Assembly: GCA_041389025.1 (NCBI GenBank)
Contig: JAWKSP010000003.1
Span: 4,065 to 68,064 of the forward strand
DNA: 64,000 nucleotides
Origin: Minisyncoccota bacterium
Lineage (GTDB): Bacteria > Patescibacteriota > Minisyncoccia > Phycocordibacterales > UBA918
Direction: 5' to 3'
Shown here: in pieces, positions 1 to 10,900 of the stretch
Layout: each line of letters opens with the position of its first letter
How positions within the stretch are numbered: position 1 is the stretch's first letter
Program-made: the position numbers and the translations under genes
Notes under the pieces: generated by a model
What the model was told of the DNA's origin: nothing
Database searches by the model: none
Seen by the model: the letters and a program-made list of their open reading frames with translations, nothing else

Positions 1-62
1 GGTGTTACTTCCTCAGCGATGGTGTGTAGGGCAGGGTGATTTTCCGGCACTAATTTAGTCAT
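1..62 (-). CDS. Partial CDS at the window edge (N-terminus only). Possibly peptide deformylase, reading MTKLVPENHPALHTIAEEVTP on the minus strand.
   Basis: Reverse-complement of 1-62 starts with ATG and reads like the Def N-terminus (pdp.L....a..V). A priA-def arrangement is common. The rest of the gene lies outside the window. Confidence 0.3.
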   Translation of the reverse strand, partial: MTKLVPENHPALHTIAEEVT

Positions 63-105
63 AATTAAACATTATTATTTTCGAAAAATAACACATTTTT
101 ATTAC

Positions 106-2001
106 TTAGACAATACGATTTGGATCAACTTCGATTTTTATATAAGGGGGTAAACTTTTTAGTAATTCAACAAAATTAGTAATTTTCTCACGGTCGCCGG
201 AAAGCCTAAAAAGAGCATAGCGTAAAATCTTATTTTCAGAGGAAAGTGGATTGTTGTAGAAGTGACCATCGTATTTTTGGGTAACTTTTTTTATTAAGTC
301 TTCAGTCTCTTTAACAACGTTTTTATTGCCGGACCAGCTAAGTAAAAAGAAAGTAGAGAAAGAAGGATAGTTTAAACTTTCCCGTAAAGCTAATTCGTCG
401 TGATAAAAACTGTCCAATTGTCCTTGTTTGGCATATCGTAGTAAGTCGTCTGGTTTGGATCTGGTTTGTACTAAAACTTCTTTGTGAGAGATATCACGAA
501 GTTGAAGGAGTAATCTAAAAGTATCTTCATCAGCGCGCCAAGTTGGAATGGTGCGGGTAGCGTCCATAGATATTACGGCACTTAAATTAATACCTTTAAT
601 AGTCAGATAAGGTAAAGTCATTTGAGTACCAACCAAAATCACACCTTTATTGTCATAGAAATCACCGATTATTTTTTTGGCTTTTTGTCTAGTGCTAGCG
701 GTTTGCCCATCAAATAAAATCACTTTGTGGTTGGGAAAAATTTCTTTACATTCATCGTAGACGTGTTGAATTCCAATACCGCGTTGTTTTAATCGCCAAG
801 AACCACAGCTGTCACAAGTGTCAGCTGCTCGAACTCGTCGTCCAGAAGTACTACTAACAAACCAACGTTGTTCGTCACCTTCTTTGTTGTAGGTTCTGAG
901 TAGGGAGTAGGGAGTGTGAGAATCGGGGCAGCGGAAAATATAATTACAATCAACACAGTTTACGACAGGAGCAATTCCTCTTCTAGCTCCATACAAAAAT
1001 ACTCGACCTCTAGCTTCTAAGGTGCTGTTCATGCGTCTTTTTAGTTCTGGTGAAAACAATGCAAAGGGTGTGTTGGGAGTGGATTTATCTTTTTGTTCAA
1101 TAATTGTAAAGGGAGTAGGAAAGGCAATCCGTTTGGTTTCTTGGCTGTGAGTGGTATAAAACTCAAAACGACGTCGATGCTCATCTTCAGCTCGGGGCAA
1201 AATATCACCCATCAATAAGCTTCGACCAGTTACTTTGGCGTGTTTTATGATAGCGGTTCGGTGGTCTAAATAAGGTCGAGTGCGGTTTTTGTATAAGTGA
1301 CTAGCTGACTGTTCAACTATGATTGATAGTAGATCCACTCGGTCTAAGTAAGTGTGTGAGGGGGTGGTAATAATAACTTTAGCTAAGCTGGTATCTTCAA
1401 AAGCTTTATAAGCGGCTTTTCGTTCAGTTTTATTTTGATATGGAGAAAATTTTACAATTCGATCTTCAATACCATGTGATAAATGTTTTTCAGCATATTC
1501 AAGATCAATAGAGTTTGGTACAACAAACATAACTGAACCACGCTTAGCTAAAGTACTTCTGATATGGGTACGATAAGCGACATAGCGTTCTTCTATTCGG
1601 GCCGTAATAACTTGTGGGGTGGAATCTTCTTCGTGGGTAAGGGTGGAGACGGTGGGGTAATTGTATTGACCGTCTTTTACTTCCGGTGGGAGAATTTGAT
1701 AAAGAATGCCTCCTACTGAACTTGGATAAATTTTGGTTAATTCATTGGCGGTTTTACGTAAGCAGTCAGGAATAGTGGTGGTGTCAGCTTGGGTGGGAAG
1801 TTTGCGTAAAGCAAAACCAGCTCCTTTTAAGCTAGTTTTTGAGTCACTGGCAGATTTGGAGTTGGTGACAATTGCTCGATGTTCTTTGCCTCTAATTGGT
1901 ACTTTGATAAAGGTACCGATTGGGTAATCGGTACTACTAAAATAGGACAAAGTATCTAATTTAGTACCTTTGATAAGCGGAATTACCTCAATCACAAACA
2001 T
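106..2001 (-). CDS. priA: Primosomal protein N' (replication restart helicase PriA)
   Basis: 631 aa with a DEAD/DEAH helicase core and the PriA-typical Cys4 zinc-binding insertion (CVDCNYIFRCP...CDSCGS). Confidence 0.85.
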   Translation of the reverse strand: MFVIEVIPLIKGTKLDTLSYFSSTDYPIGTFIKVPIRGKEHRAIVTNSKSASDSKTSLKGAGFALRKLPTQADTTTIPDCLRKTANELTKIYPSSVGGILYQILPPEVKDGQYNYPTVSTLTHEEDSTPQVITARIEERYVAYRTHIRSTLAKRGSVMFVVPNSIDLEYAEKHLSHGIEDRIVKFSPYQNKTERKAAYKAFEDTSLAKVIITTPSHTYLDRVDLLSIIVEQSASHLYKNRTRPYLDHRTAIIKHAKVTGRSLLMGDILPRAEDEHRRRFEFYTTHSQETKRIAFPTPFTIIEQKDKSTPNTPFALFSPELKRRMNSTLEARGRVFLYGARRGIAPVVNCVDCNYIFRCPDSHTPYSLLRTYNKEGDEQRWFVSSTSGRRVRAADTCDSCGSWRLKQRGIGIQHVYDECKEIFPNHKVILFDGQTASTRQKAKKIIGDFYDNKGVILVGTQMTLPYLTIKGINLSAVISMDATRTIPTWRADEDTFRLLLQLRDISHKEVLVQTRSKPDDLLRYAKQGQLDSFYHDELALRESLNYPSFSTFFLLSWSGNKNVVKETEDLIKKVTQKYDGHFYNNPLSSENKILRYALFRLSGDREKITNFVELLKSLPPYIKIEVDPNRIV

Positions 2002-2108
2002 AAAGGGTATTGTACCAAAATCGCAACAAACCGTCAGGTTTGAGATTTTTTAAAATAAGAAATCTCACTTGGGAAAGTGAGATTCTAGTGACTTCATACC
2101 TTATTTAG

Positions 2109-2435
2109 TTATTTTAAAGTATGAAATAAGATTGATTGCCGTATTTCTGATACAAGCAGATCGTCTGTCTTTAAAAAGTAAAATGCGAACAACAAGATGA
2201 TAAATATTTTATTGAGTAGAAAAGCAAAGGCTACCACCTCACTATAATTGTTTGAAATTTTTCTTTTGATAAATATTTCCACACAGTACAAAATCACTGA
2301 TAGCACTGTAATTCCGGGTAATTTTAATACCTCTGACTGTAGATAATAGGACAAATATACCAAGACTGATATTGACATTAGTGATGTTACAAGAAACAAT
2401 ACTTTTTGTTTGCAAACATTATCTTCTCCTATCAA
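2109..2435 (-). CDS. Small hydrophobic hypothetical membrane protein
   Basis: 108-aa ORF with two or three predicted TM helices and no recognisable domain. Confidence 0.35.
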   Translation of the reverse strand: MIGEDNVCKQKVLFLVTSLMSISVLVYLSYYLQSEVLKLPGITVLSVILYCVEIFIKRKISNNYSEVVAFAFLLNKIFIILLFAFYFLKTDDLLVSEIRQSILFHTLK

Positions 2436-2487
2436 GAATGAACAAAAACATTTTTATAATAATATATAAAAAATGTTTTGTCAACTT

Positions 2488-4005
2488 TTAAAATTCATCT
2501 AAATACTTAATTTGAGCGCCGAGCGAAGCGAGGCGCTCTACTAGGTTTTCATAACCACGGTTGATACTGTAGATATTGCGAAGCACACTGTGTCCCTTAG
2601 CGCCAAGCATGGCGATGAGAAGGATGGTGGCCGGTCGTAAGGCTGGGGGACAGATAAGCTCGGCTGGTTTTAAGATAGTCGGACCGTTAATATAGATACG
2701 ATGTGGGTCAGCTAGTACTGTATCAGCTCCTAGTTTATCTAACTCGGTAAAATAAATAGCGCGTTTTTCGTAAACCCAGTCGTGAATCAGAGTTTGACCA
2801 GTAGCTTGGGTAGCGATAACGGCAAAGAAAGGTAGGTTATCAATATTTAAGCCAGGATATACTGCCGGATGGATTTTTTCGTGTAAGGCTACTAACTTTG
2901 ATGGTTTGGTAGTTATATCTACTAGCTTAGTGACACCATTATGGCTAAAGTAAGGTTTTGATTTTTTGTATTGGAAACCCATTTTTTCTAATTTTAGAAG
3001 CTCTAGTTCAAGAAATTCAATTGGACAACGAGTTATAGTAATGGCTGAGTTGGTTACAATGGCGGTAGCTAAGAAAAACATACTGTCAGTTGGATCTTCT
3101 GATAATGTGTATTCAATATCTTTTTTTATATTTTTAACTCCGGTTACTTTAAGAGTGGTAGTTCCAATACCTTCAATTTTGACTCCTAAAAGTTGTAGGA
3201 AACCACAAACTTCTTGCACCATGTAGTTGGCGGTAGCATACTTAATAGTGGTGGTTTCCGGCCGGCCGGCGGCGGCAAAAAGAGCGTTTTCGGTGACAGT
3301 GTCTCCTGATTCATAAAGAATTATCTCGCCGGCCGGCCGGCTTTTTGTTTCGACTTTAAAGGAGTCATCAGTGGTTTTTATATGGACACCAAAATTTTCT
3401 AAGGCGTAAAAATGAGGTTTAACCGTACGGCTGCCGAGTTTACAGCCTCCAGATTGTGGTAATGAGAAAGAGATGAGTTGGTGAATAAGTGGCCCTATGA
3501 ACATTACAATACTACGAGTGCGTTTAGCAGCTTCAACATCTATTTTTGTTAGAGAAAGTTTTTTGGGTGGAGTGATTTTAATTGAGTTGTCTTGCCATTC
3601 TACTTTTACACCAATACTTTCCAGTACTTCGATAATACGATGCACTTCTTCGATACGTGGCATACGGTGCAGGGTAGTGGTACCTTGATTTAAGAGACTG
3701 GCACAAAGTAAAGCCACAGCACCGTTTTTGGAGGTATTGGTTTCAATTTTGCCTTTTAGTTTATGTCCACCTTCTATTTCTACATTTACAGTACCAGGGG
3801 AAAGGGTGATGAGGTTTTTGCCCAATGCCTTACTAATTCGTTTTAGCATGTCAGCACTTAGGTTTTGTTTACCGCTCTCGATACGAGCGACGGCACTTTG
3901 AGTGGTGTTTAGTAATTTTGCTAAGTCGGTTTGGGTTAAACCTTTGGTTTCTCTTAGGTCGGCAATTTTGTTTCCAATATTTATCATAATGATAGAGTAT
4001 AGCAT
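2488..4005 (-). CDS. murA: UDP-N-acetylglucosamine 1-carboxyvinyltransferase (MurA) carrying an N-terminal XRE-family helix-turn-helix domain
   Basis: Residues 1-65 are a Cro/C1-type HTH (GLTQTDLAKLLNTTQSAVARIESGKQNLS). The remaining ~435 aa align end-to-end with MurA: catalytic Cys loop GGCKLGSRTVKPH and C-terminal RGYENLVERLASLGAQI. Confidence 0.85.
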   Translation of the reverse strand: MLYSIIMINIGNKIADLRETKGLTQTDLAKLLNTTQSAVARIESGKQNLSADMLKRISKALGKNLITLSPGTVNVEIEGGHKLKGKIETNTSKNGAVALLCASLLNQGTTTLHRMPRIEEVHRIIEVLESIGVKVEWQDNSIKITPPKKLSLTKIDVEAAKRTRSIVMFIGPLIHQLISFSLPQSGGCKLGSRTVKPHFYALENFGVHIKTTDDSFKVETKSRPAGEIILYESGDTVTENALFAAAGRPETTTIKYATANYMVQEVCGFLQLLGVKIEGIGTTTLKVTGVKNIKKDIEYTLSEDPTDSMFFLATAIVTNSAITITRCPIEFLELELLKLEKMGFQYKKSKPYFSHNGVTKLVDITTKPSKLVALHEKIHPAVYPGLNIDNLPFFAVIATQATGQTLIHDWVYEKRAIYFTELDKLGADTVLADPHRIYINGPTILKPAELICPPALRPATILLIAMLGAKGHSVLRNIYSINRGYENLVERLASLGAQIKYLDEF

Positions 4006-4015
4006 ATATGCTATA
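3998..4015. promoter_or_regulatory. 18-bp perfect palindrome TATAGCATATATGCTATA overlapping the HTH-murA start codon. Candidate operator.
   Basis: The sequence is its own reverse complement. It sits over the ATG (4003-4005, minus strand) of a gene that itself encodes an XRE HTH domain. Confidence 0.4.
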
Positions 4016-4123
4016 CAGTGCCAAAGATAAATAGTGGATTATAGCTGACGGTAGTCTTAGTGACACCTTAATGATACTTTGTAGTTTTTGGGAAAAGGGG
4101 TACTATAGTGTATCAATATTGAC

Positions 4124-5137
4124 ATGAGTTGGAATTTTACCCCAAAAATTGGAATTGATCTTGGTACGACCAGTATTTTGGTATTTGTCCCTGGGGAAGG
4201 GGTGGTACTTAATGAACCATCGGTGGTAGCCGTATCCGATGATAATAAAGTATTAGCGGTTGGAGCAGAGGCTAAGCGTATGATTGGTCGTACTCCTGAT
4301 ACGATTAGAGCTTATAGACCAATGAAAGACGGAGTAATTGCTGATTATCGAGTGACGGAAGCGATGCTTCGTTATTTTCTTCATAAGTCTTTGGGGAAAT
4401 TTAATATTTTTAAACCAGATGTGATGGTATCGGTGCCGGCTGGGGTAACTTCGACTGAGAGACGGGCGGTGGTAGAAGCGACTATAAAAGCTGGTGCTAA
4501 AAATGCCTATGTGGTAAAAGAACCAATTTTAGCGGCAATTGGTGCCGGTATACCAATTTATGAACCACAAGGACATATGATAATAGATATCGGTGGTGGA
4601 ACTATCGATGTGGCGGTGATTTCCCTAGGTGGAATTGTGGCTTCTAATTCAGTAAAATGTGCCGGTAACCGGATTGATGTAGCAATTGTGGACTATGTAA
4701 AGAAAACTCGTAATTTATCTATTGGTGAAAAGACTGCTGAGGAGATAAAGATAAAAATCGGTTCAGCTTTACCTTTAGAGGAAGAATTGGTGATGGAAAT
4801 AAAAGGTCGTGATGTAGTATCTGGCTTGCCACGAGTAACTGAAATGCGTACTAATGAAGTGGTACGAGCGATAAATCGTGAATTAAGAGAAATGATAAAA
4901 GCGATAAAGGATGTATTTCAAGAAACACCACCAGAATTAGCTTCAGATATTATTGATGGCGGAATAATTATGACTGGAGGTACTTCACAACTAAGAAACT
5001 TTGCCGAATTAGTCAAGCGTCGTACCGGAGTAAAAGCTAAGTTGGCTGACCAAGCCTTGTTTTGTGTGGTAACCGGTACTGGTGTGGCTCTTGAACATTT
5101 AGACACGTACAAACAAACAGTATTAGCTAAAAGATAG
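4124..5137 (+). CDS. Actin-like rod-shape protein MreB paralog (Mbl-like)
   Basis: IGIDLGTTSILVF...NEPSVVAV phosphate-1 motif with the MreB/actin fold throughout. It is a second copy, distinct from the mreBCD-linked mreB at 17910. Confidence 0.85.
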   Translation: MSWNFTPKIGIDLGTTSILVFVPGEGVVLNEPSVVAVSDDNKVLAVGAEAKRMIGRTPDTIRAYRPMKDGVIADYRVTEAMLRYFLHKSLGKFNIFKPDVMVSVPAGVTSTERRAVVEATIKAGAKNAYVVKEPILAAIGAGIPIYEPQGHMIIDIGGGTIDVAVISLGGIVASNSVKCAGNRIDVAIVDYVKKTRNLSIGEKTAEEIKIKIGSALPLEEELVMEIKGRDVVSGLPRVTEMRTNEVVRAINRELREMIKAIKDVFQETPPELASDIIDGGIIMTGGTSQLRNFAELVKRRTGVKAKLADQALFCVVTGTGVALEHLDTYKQTVLAKR

Positions 5138-5187
5138 AGACGGGGATAGTCTAAATAATTTTAGTGTATTTAAGCTAAAATAACCAT

Positions 5188-7929
5188 ATGTCTGAAGGAA
5201 TACCAAAACAATTCACTACTCCGGAGGAGGAGATAGCTTATTTGCGTGAACAAATAGCCAAACGCGAACAAGAGCTTTTAGCCAGAACACCTGAAGTCGA
5301 CCAATCTGATGTAGAAGCAGTTGGAAAACAAGAGATTAGAGAGTACGCTAGTTTTACTCCCAAAATGGTTCTAGAGAAAAATCATCAGCTGAAAGATACT
5401 GCTATTGCTATATCCGCTGAACAAGTCAGTGTCGCGTCTGATCCTGTAGAAGAAATCATGCAAGTTGCGACAGAGAAAGGAATTAAAAATGCTCTAACCG
5501 TTTTAGAAAAAATAGATAATGCTTATTTGGTCGATGAGGTACACCGTCGATTGGTTGAATATATTAAATCAGGAGTAGAGATGCAGGACTTAAAGGAGGG
5601 TACGCCAGCTTGGCATGTTCTTCACATGACTTTGTATGAAGTGACTTTGCCGGAGACAAAGTCAGTTAATGGACGTGAATATCAGTTAGCTGAGCTTATT
5701 GGTATGATGGAGCAGTTGTTTGCTGGCTTGCGAACAATTGGTTCAGAGCAATCACACAATCATTTTGCGATTGAAATTGCGGTGGCTGATAATAGCGACG
5801 ACATTGTTTTTTACGTGGCAATACCAAATAAGTTTGTAACTTTGTTTGAAAAGCAGGTTCTTTCCTTATTTCCGCATGCACAATTAATTCTCCAAGCTCA
5901 CGATTACAATATTTTTGTCGATAATGGTACTACTATTGTGTCTGAGGTTTCTCTTAAAAAACATCCGATTTATCCGGTGAAAACCCACGACAGTTTCGCT
6001 TCTGATCCCTTATCGGTGATTTTAAATGCTTTTTCAAAAATTGAACGAGAAGGTGGTGGAGCAGCGGTGCAAATATTGGTACGCTACCCGCAAAAAGAAT
6101 ACCGTAAAAGCTATGAAGGGGTCATAAAAAATATGCAAAAAGGTATGAAAGCCGGCGATGCCATTTCTCGTAGCTCACTTGGCGGTGAAATAATGGCCTC
6201 ACTGTCTGACTTTGTGTTTAGTAAATCAAACAAAGACGAAAACAAGGAAGTTGACTCAGATAAAATCCAGCTGTTCGGACAAAAAATAAAATCAGATATA
6301 GTGGAGACAAACATCCGTTTGGCGGTATCAGCTAGAGAAATTTCACGAGCAGAAGATATTTTAACCGAAATCGAATCCACTTTTCATCAATTTTCTTTGG
6401 TGGACGGCAACAGTTTTACCTTCAAGCGAGTAAGAGGAGGTTCGTTACGTCAGGCGGAACGACAATTTTCTTTTCGTGAATTTTCCAAGCATATTATCTT
6501 GCCGTTGTCTCTGACAGAGTTGTCTACCGTTATTCATTTACCTGCCAATGGCATCGCTTCTTCACCGCAGTTCAAGCAATCTCATGTAAATACCGCTCCG
6601 GCACCGACCGATATGCCGACCGAAGGTACTCTTCTTGGTATCAACACCCATCGCAATGTAGAGCGAAAAATCTTTATTACCGATGAAGATCGGGTACGAC
6701 ACTTCTATATTATCGGACAGACCGGTACCGGTAAGACATCATTGATGAAAAATATGATTGTGCAGGATATCGAGAGAGGCGATGGGGTGTGTATGATCGA
6801 CCCACACGGCACTGATATCGAGGATGTTTTAAGCGCGGTGCCGAAGGAACGTGAGCAGGATGTGATTTATTTTGATCCGTCACGACTAGATAAGATTGTC
6901 GCCTTAAACATGCTTGAGTATGACACGTCCAAGCCGGAACAAAAAACTTTTGTGGTCAATGAACTTTTTTCCATTTTCCAAAAGCTTTATGGTGGTAATC
7001 CTGAGTCAATGGGCCCAATGTTTGAGCAATATTTTAGAAATGCCACTTTACTAGTAATGGAGGATCCAGATAGTGGTAATACACTGATGGATATATCTCG
7101 GGTGATGGCTGATGCCAAGTACCGCAAAATGAAGTTGTCCAAGGCTACCAATCCGGTGGTGGTGCAATTTTGGAGTGAAATAGCTACCAAAGCCGGTGGT
7201 GAGGCTTCTCTGGAAAATATTGTGCCATATATTGTGTCTAAGTTTGATGTCTTTACCGCCAATGACTACATGCGACCGATTATCGGTCAGCAAAAATCCG
7301 CTTTCAATTTTAGACAAATAATGGACGAACGGAAGATTCTTTTGGTTAATTTATCCAAGGGTCGTTTAGGTGAAATAAATGCCAACCTTATTGGTATGAT
7401 TATTGTCGGAAAGATACTAATGGCGGCTTTGTCCCGGGTAGATGACCAAACTCGTGGCTTCCCACCTTTTTATTTGCATATGGATGAGTTTCAAAACGTA
7501 TCTACCAATTCTATTTCGGCGATTTTGTCTGAGGCTCGAAAATACAAACTCGGCCTTACAATCGCCCATCAATTTATCGCTCAGTTGGAACCGAGTATTA
7601 AAGACGCGGTGTTTGGAAACGTCGGTTCAATGGCTACTTTTCGAGTGGGAGCAGAGGATGCGCAGTTTTTAGAGTCACAATTTTCTCCGGTGTTTGGCGT
7701 AAATGACCTTATTAATATACCTAATTACAATGCGATAGTCAGGATATTAGCAAATGGTACGCCGACCAAGCCTTTTAATTTACGCACCATGCCTCCGGCA
7801 AAACTAGATCCAACCAGAGCAAATGCTCTCATTGACCTCAGTTATAGCCGATATGGACGATCAAGAGAGGAGGTGGAGGCGGAGATATCCGCTAGATATG
7901 CCAAAGAACCACCGGTTGGCTTAACTTGA
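5188..7929 (+). CDS. Large P-loop ATPase with a type IV secretion VirB4/VirD4 (TraC/TraG)-like C-terminal domain
   Basis: Walker A YIIGQTGTGKTSLMKNMI and Walker B-like HMDEFQNV. The C-terminal pattern RKYKLGLTIAHQFIAQL...VFGNVGSMATFRVG matches the T4SS ATPase family. There is no N-terminal TM segment and the N-terminal ~450 aa are unassigned. Confidence 0.55.
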   Translation: MSEGIPKQFTTPEEEIAYLREQIAKREQELLARTPEVDQSDVEAVGKQEIREYASFTPKMVLEKNHQLKDTAIAISAEQVSVASDPVEEIMQVATEKGIKNALTVLEKIDNAYLVDEVHRRLVEYIKSGVEMQDLKEGTPAWHVLHMTLYEVTLPETKSVNGREYQLAELIGMMEQLFAGLRTIGSEQSHNHFAIEIAVADNSDDIVFYVAIPNKFVTLFEKQVLSLFPHAQLILQAHDYNIFVDNGTTIVSEVSLKKHPIYPVKTHDSFASDPLSVILNAFSKIEREGGGAAVQILVRYPQKEYRKSYEGVIKNMQKGMKAGDAISRSSLGGEIMASLSDFVFSKSNKDENKEVDSDKIQLFGQKIKSDIVETNIRLAVSAREISRAEDILTEIESTFHQFSLVDGNSFTFKRVRGGSLRQAERQFSFREFSKHIILPLSLTELSTVIHLPANGIASSPQFKQSHVNTAPAPTDMPTEGTLLGINTHRNVERKIFITDEDRVRHFYIIGQTGTGKTSLMKNMIVQDIERGDGVCMIDPHGTDIEDVLSAVPKEREQDVIYFDPSRLDKIVALNMLEYDTSKPEQKTFVVNELFSIFQKLYGGNPESMGPMFEQYFRNATLLVMEDPDSGNTLMDISRVMADAKYRKMKLSKATNPVVVQFWSEIATKAGGEASLENIVPYIVSKFDVFTANDYMRPIIGQQKSAFNFRQIMDERKILLVNLSKGRLGEINANLIGMIIVGKILMAALSRVDDQTRGFPPFYLHMDEFQNVSTNSISAILSEARKYKLGLTIAHQFIAQLEPSIKDAVFGNVGSMATFRVGAEDAQFLESQFSPVFGVNDLINIPNYNAIVRILANGTPTKPFNLRTMPPAKLDPTRANALIDLSYSRYGRSREEVEAEISARYAKEPPVGLT

Positions 7930-7957
7930 TATGGTAGAATGATAAAAATTTTAACTT

Positions 7958-10900
7958 ATGAGTATGGAGAAATTTGGAGATAATAAAGGAAATAGATCGG
8001 ATGAAATTGTGAATGCTGAAATTATTTCAGAAGGTAGTGGACCAATTGGTTCTGGTGAGAGAAATGTTGTAAATGAAAATAACAGTCAAGAGAATCCAGA
8101 TAAGACTCAAGAAGCCAGCTCAGAAAAAGAGTCAAGTCTAGAAATCGAAGCGGAGCAACTTGATGATTCGGAGCAAGAGTTTGCTGATGCAGAAGGCAGG
8201 TTTAAAGCAATAAAAGACACTGCTGAGAAACTAAAAAGTGCAGTACCAGAAATATATAGTCATTTAAATTCAGCCGATTCAGCTATCAGTGCTTTTAATA
8301 ATATCAGAGAATCTGATGAAAGAATTAGAAAAAATTATATTTCAAGGTATCTTGGTGTTTTAAACCGAGCTATAAAGTCAATCAATGAATTAATTGATGA
8401 GAATAAAGATAAACTAGAGACGCAAGGTGATCAAGATCAGAAAGAGGAAGAAAAGGTTGGGCGGAATAATGATAGAAAATCAGAAAATAGTAAAGAGAAA
8501 AGTTCTCATCAGAAAGGACTGGTGGAGGCTTATGTTAATAAGTTCAATAAAATTTTTACAAAAAAATTTGGTAATTTAGACACCTTGGATAACACTGACC
8601 GTGGAAATCCAAATGGTCTGCCTGAGTATTTGATTAATGCAATAAAGGCTTTTAAAGCAAAAGAGGCTGAGGTTAAAAAATGGATAGCAAACACTGATTC
8701 TACAACCCAAAATTCAATAGTTGGTGTACAAACTTTACAAAATTTTGTAGCCGAATTAAGGGATTTAAAACATGCTACTCATGAAGCGCATACAAGATAC
8801 ACTAGAGAGAAGCTGGGTCTAGATAATTCAAAAGAGAGTGAAGATCTTGAAGTAAAAAAATCAGAAATTATCTCAGGGTTTAGTTCAGTTGAGTCTAAGT
8901 TTGAAAAAATAGCAGGTAATGCTAAAAGTACAGTTTCAAATGAAGATTTTCAGAAACTTAAGCCCGATGCAAGACGTGTTATTGAAGCGGGTAGAAATGC
9001 TATAAAAGAATTTAATGAATTAGCCAAAACCGAACCGACTGAAGAAAACTTAAATCAGCTAGAAGGAAAAAAGAGAGAGTTAGAATCTGTGATTGCCAGT
9101 TTGGCAAAAAAAGTTGGTGAGATGGAAGGAGTAGAAAAAGATACCGATAAAAAAACAGAAGAAGCTAATGAAGCTGAAAATGAAAAAGGGGATAACGGAA
9201 AAGAAAATAATGAAGATGTAAAATCAAAAAGTGATGATACTCGCACTGAAAATAATGGTGTAGTGGTTGATGTAGAAGAAAAACCAAAAGAAGAAATAAG
9301 TGTTGAGAGTGAAGACGTGGTGGCTGATGAAGAGGTTGTTGAAGGTCTGGAGTTAGATGAGGGTGAAAAAAAAGAAGTTGGAACAAACGAAGAAAAAGAT
9401 AATAAAGAAATTTTTCAAGCTGAAAGAAAGGAATGGTATGAAGCTAGGAAAAAATATTATGAAGATAAAAATGCCTACAATGAAGCGGTAGAGAGTTTTT
9501 ATAAAAATAGAAACTGGTTTGGAAAGGTGGCAGATAGCGCTAAAAGTTTTTTTGGCTTAAAACCAAAATTGCCAGAAGGAATTACTAAACTAGAAAATGA
9601 ATTTAAAAAATCTAGAAGCTCGTACGCTCGTGGTTTGGATTCTGTTTTGAAGAAACGGGCTATAGAAAAAAATACAAATTACGCGGGATTTGACGAAAAG
9701 GACAGTGAAGGTAATTCTACTAAAGCTTCAGACAAGATAAAACAGTTGTTTACGCGTAAGTTTGTTTTGCGTCCAAGTAAAGAAATATTGGATTTACAAA
9801 AAACTGAGATTCTAATTGAAGGACAAGTTGAGGCTGTAGGCAGGGTAATGACTAAGTTGAAAGAAAGTAAATGGTATGTACGAGGTGGAATTATAACTGG
9901 TGCGGCAATATTAGGTACAGCTAGTGGAGGTTTGTTGGCTGGAGGTTTGGCGGCGGCAACGGCTGGTTCTCGTATGGCTATTGGAGTTGGATCTGGTGTA
10001 GCTGCTGGTTGGTTGGCTGATAAAGGAATGAGTTTTAGGGTGAATAAAGCCGAAGCAACAGCTAAGGAGCTTATGGAAGGAAGTAATTTTTCAGTAGCTG
10101 ATATTGATAATTATGAAGAGGAGGTAATGCAAGCCTTACGAAAAGCCAAAGCTGCTCAGAGCCAAAGAACCGCTGCTATAGCAACCGCTGGTTTGGCTGG
10201 TGGTTTGGTTGGTGCCTACAACGCTCCTGATTCTATTGCTGGAGTTACGGATGTGACTGAAAAGGTTTCAGGTGGTTCGGGTGGTGTGGTCGGCGATGTT
10301 GTTTCTGGTGAAGAAATTACAAAAAGTATAAAAGAAGTACTGCACAAAATTGATTTAGGGGAAGATATACCTAATGACACCGCTGGTACCGAAACCGGCA
10401 TGGAGGTGGTTGATGATGCTAAAAAAGTAGTCGAAGAAAGCGTAGAACCGTTGACTAAAGAACCTGTAGAAATAATTAATAAATTAAATGTACCAATTTA
10501 TAACTTAAATGAGGTTGGGCAGTTCTATAACCACTTACATAATATTTCTATTACCGGCGCTGAAGGTTTGGAAGTGGATCAGTTGAGTCAAGTGAAGCAG
10601 TTTATACAACTTAAAGCCAACGACATCTTGTCTGGTGAACCGCACATGACGCCGCAAAAACTCGGTGCAGAATTACAGTCGTTACTGGAGAAGAAGTTTG
10701 GTGAAGAAAGTTGGTGGCAAGAGTCACCGATTGATAAGGTGGATATTGGTAATATAACCAAAGTTGGTTATGATTCTTATGTAGACGTTGACTCTTTAAA
10801 TAAAGATACCGCTCCTATAACCATAGAAACTGAAGTGGGAGAAACTGAAAATATTAGTAGCAATATTTACGAAGTGCAAGCCGGTGATAAGCTTTGGACC

